From IMG/VR virus record IMGVR_UViG_3300032248_000494, positions 1-26,739 of that record: 26,739 nucleotides of DNA; one strand, written 5' to 3'. The notes under the pieces are model-generated. The model had not been told where the DNA came from. It made no database searches and worked only from the letters and a program-made list of their open reading frames with translations. Below, piece by piece: positions 26,281 through 26,739 of the stretch. Both the position numbers and the translations under genes were made by a program. Origin of the DNA: a virus. Lineage: Duplodnaviria > Caudoviricetes. Positions within the stretch are counted from its first letter, which is position 1, and each line of letters opens with the position of its first letter.

Positions 26281-26579
26281 AACTTGCTTTTTATATCAAT
26301 TATACGTTTACAGCTTTCATAATATTCTTTATCTATAAATCTACCATATACCCAATCTAATAATTTTGAATATTCACCACGTGTTATAGTAATGTATGCA
26401 GGTAAATATTTATAACGAAATAACACAATCTCCCTTGCAGAACGATTTCCTTTAAAATTATCAACCAAATCAACAAGGGTTTCCAAATCGGTATGAGATA
26501 ATTTTACCATATCAATATAATCAACCCAATTCAATTTAATCCAACCCGATTCCAATTTATCCAAAACCTTTATATTCAT
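26277..26579 (-). CDS. Hypothetical protein with UVR (UvrB/C)-like C-terminal helix pair
   Basis: 100 aa ending FIDKEYYESCKRIIDIKSKL, resembling the UVR motif; ATGA overlap with the next gene. Confidence 0.5.
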   Translation of the reverse strand: MNIKVLDKLESGWIKLNWVDYIDMVKLSHTDLETLVDLVDNFKGNRSAREIVLFRYKYLPAYITITRGEYSKLLDWVYGRFIDKEYYESCKRIIDIKSKL

Positions 26580-26582
26580 ACC

Positions 26583-26739
26583 TTATTTTTTAATAAACCA
26601 TTTTTGAAATGATTCAAAAACAAATTCAAGTTGGTCTTTATGTTCCATTTCAAATTTATCTACACCAACTTTAACATTAAACCCCTCATGTATATGCATA
26701 TACTCATTTGGCCCGTAATCATCGAAACATATTATTCCA
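26583..26739 (-). CDS. Class I SAM-dependent methyltransferase, C-terminal part (Methyltransf_24-like; truncated by window)
   Basis: Not in the ORF track. Reads ...GIICFDDYGPNEYMHIHEGFNVKVGVDKFEMEHKDQLEFVFESFQKWFIKK*; the G-x-x-x-FDDY...VKxGVDxF pattern is typical of this family. Confidence 0.65.
   Translation of the reverse strand, partial: GIICFDDYGPNEYMHIHEGFNVKVGVDKFEMEHKDQLEFVFESFQKWFIKK

Noticed and set aside
1-26739. tRNA, rRNA or structured ncRNA genes
   Set aside because: Intergenic gaps are short and AT-rich, with no cloverleaf or T-loop signature seen; a tRNAscan/Infernal run would be needed to exclude them formally.

Overview
AT-rich segment of a large tailed (myovirus-like, probably jumbo) phage genome. 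All credible genes are on the minus strand, tightly packed, and read with the standard code. Promoter shapes (TTTG-N20-TAnnTTTG) and the lack of Shine-Dalgarno motifs point to a Bacteroidota host (inference). Bases ~1-14350 are a baseplate/virion module: large wedge-like protein with a LamG-like domain, DNRLRE-like protein, gp6-like wedge, gp25-like subunit and gp5/gpV-like spike. Bases ~14380-21490 hold auxiliary and regulatory genes: NodU/CmcH carbamoyltransferase, gp55-like sigma factor, peptide deformylase, UvsE, Hsp20 and an HD hydrolase. Bases ~21510-26739 are a modification-enzyme island. Its most unusual member is an apparent circularly permuted ATP-grasp ligase fused to a degenerate C-terminal Hint (intein-like) domain, followed 2 nt later by an unannotated 32-aa ORF, then three 2OG-Fe(II) oxygenases and a GNAT. 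A GT-A-like protein and a SAM methyltransferase lie upstream. This is the best candidate for an undescribed phage peptide/protein-tailoring system. Family assignments come from motif recognition by eye, not from database searches.
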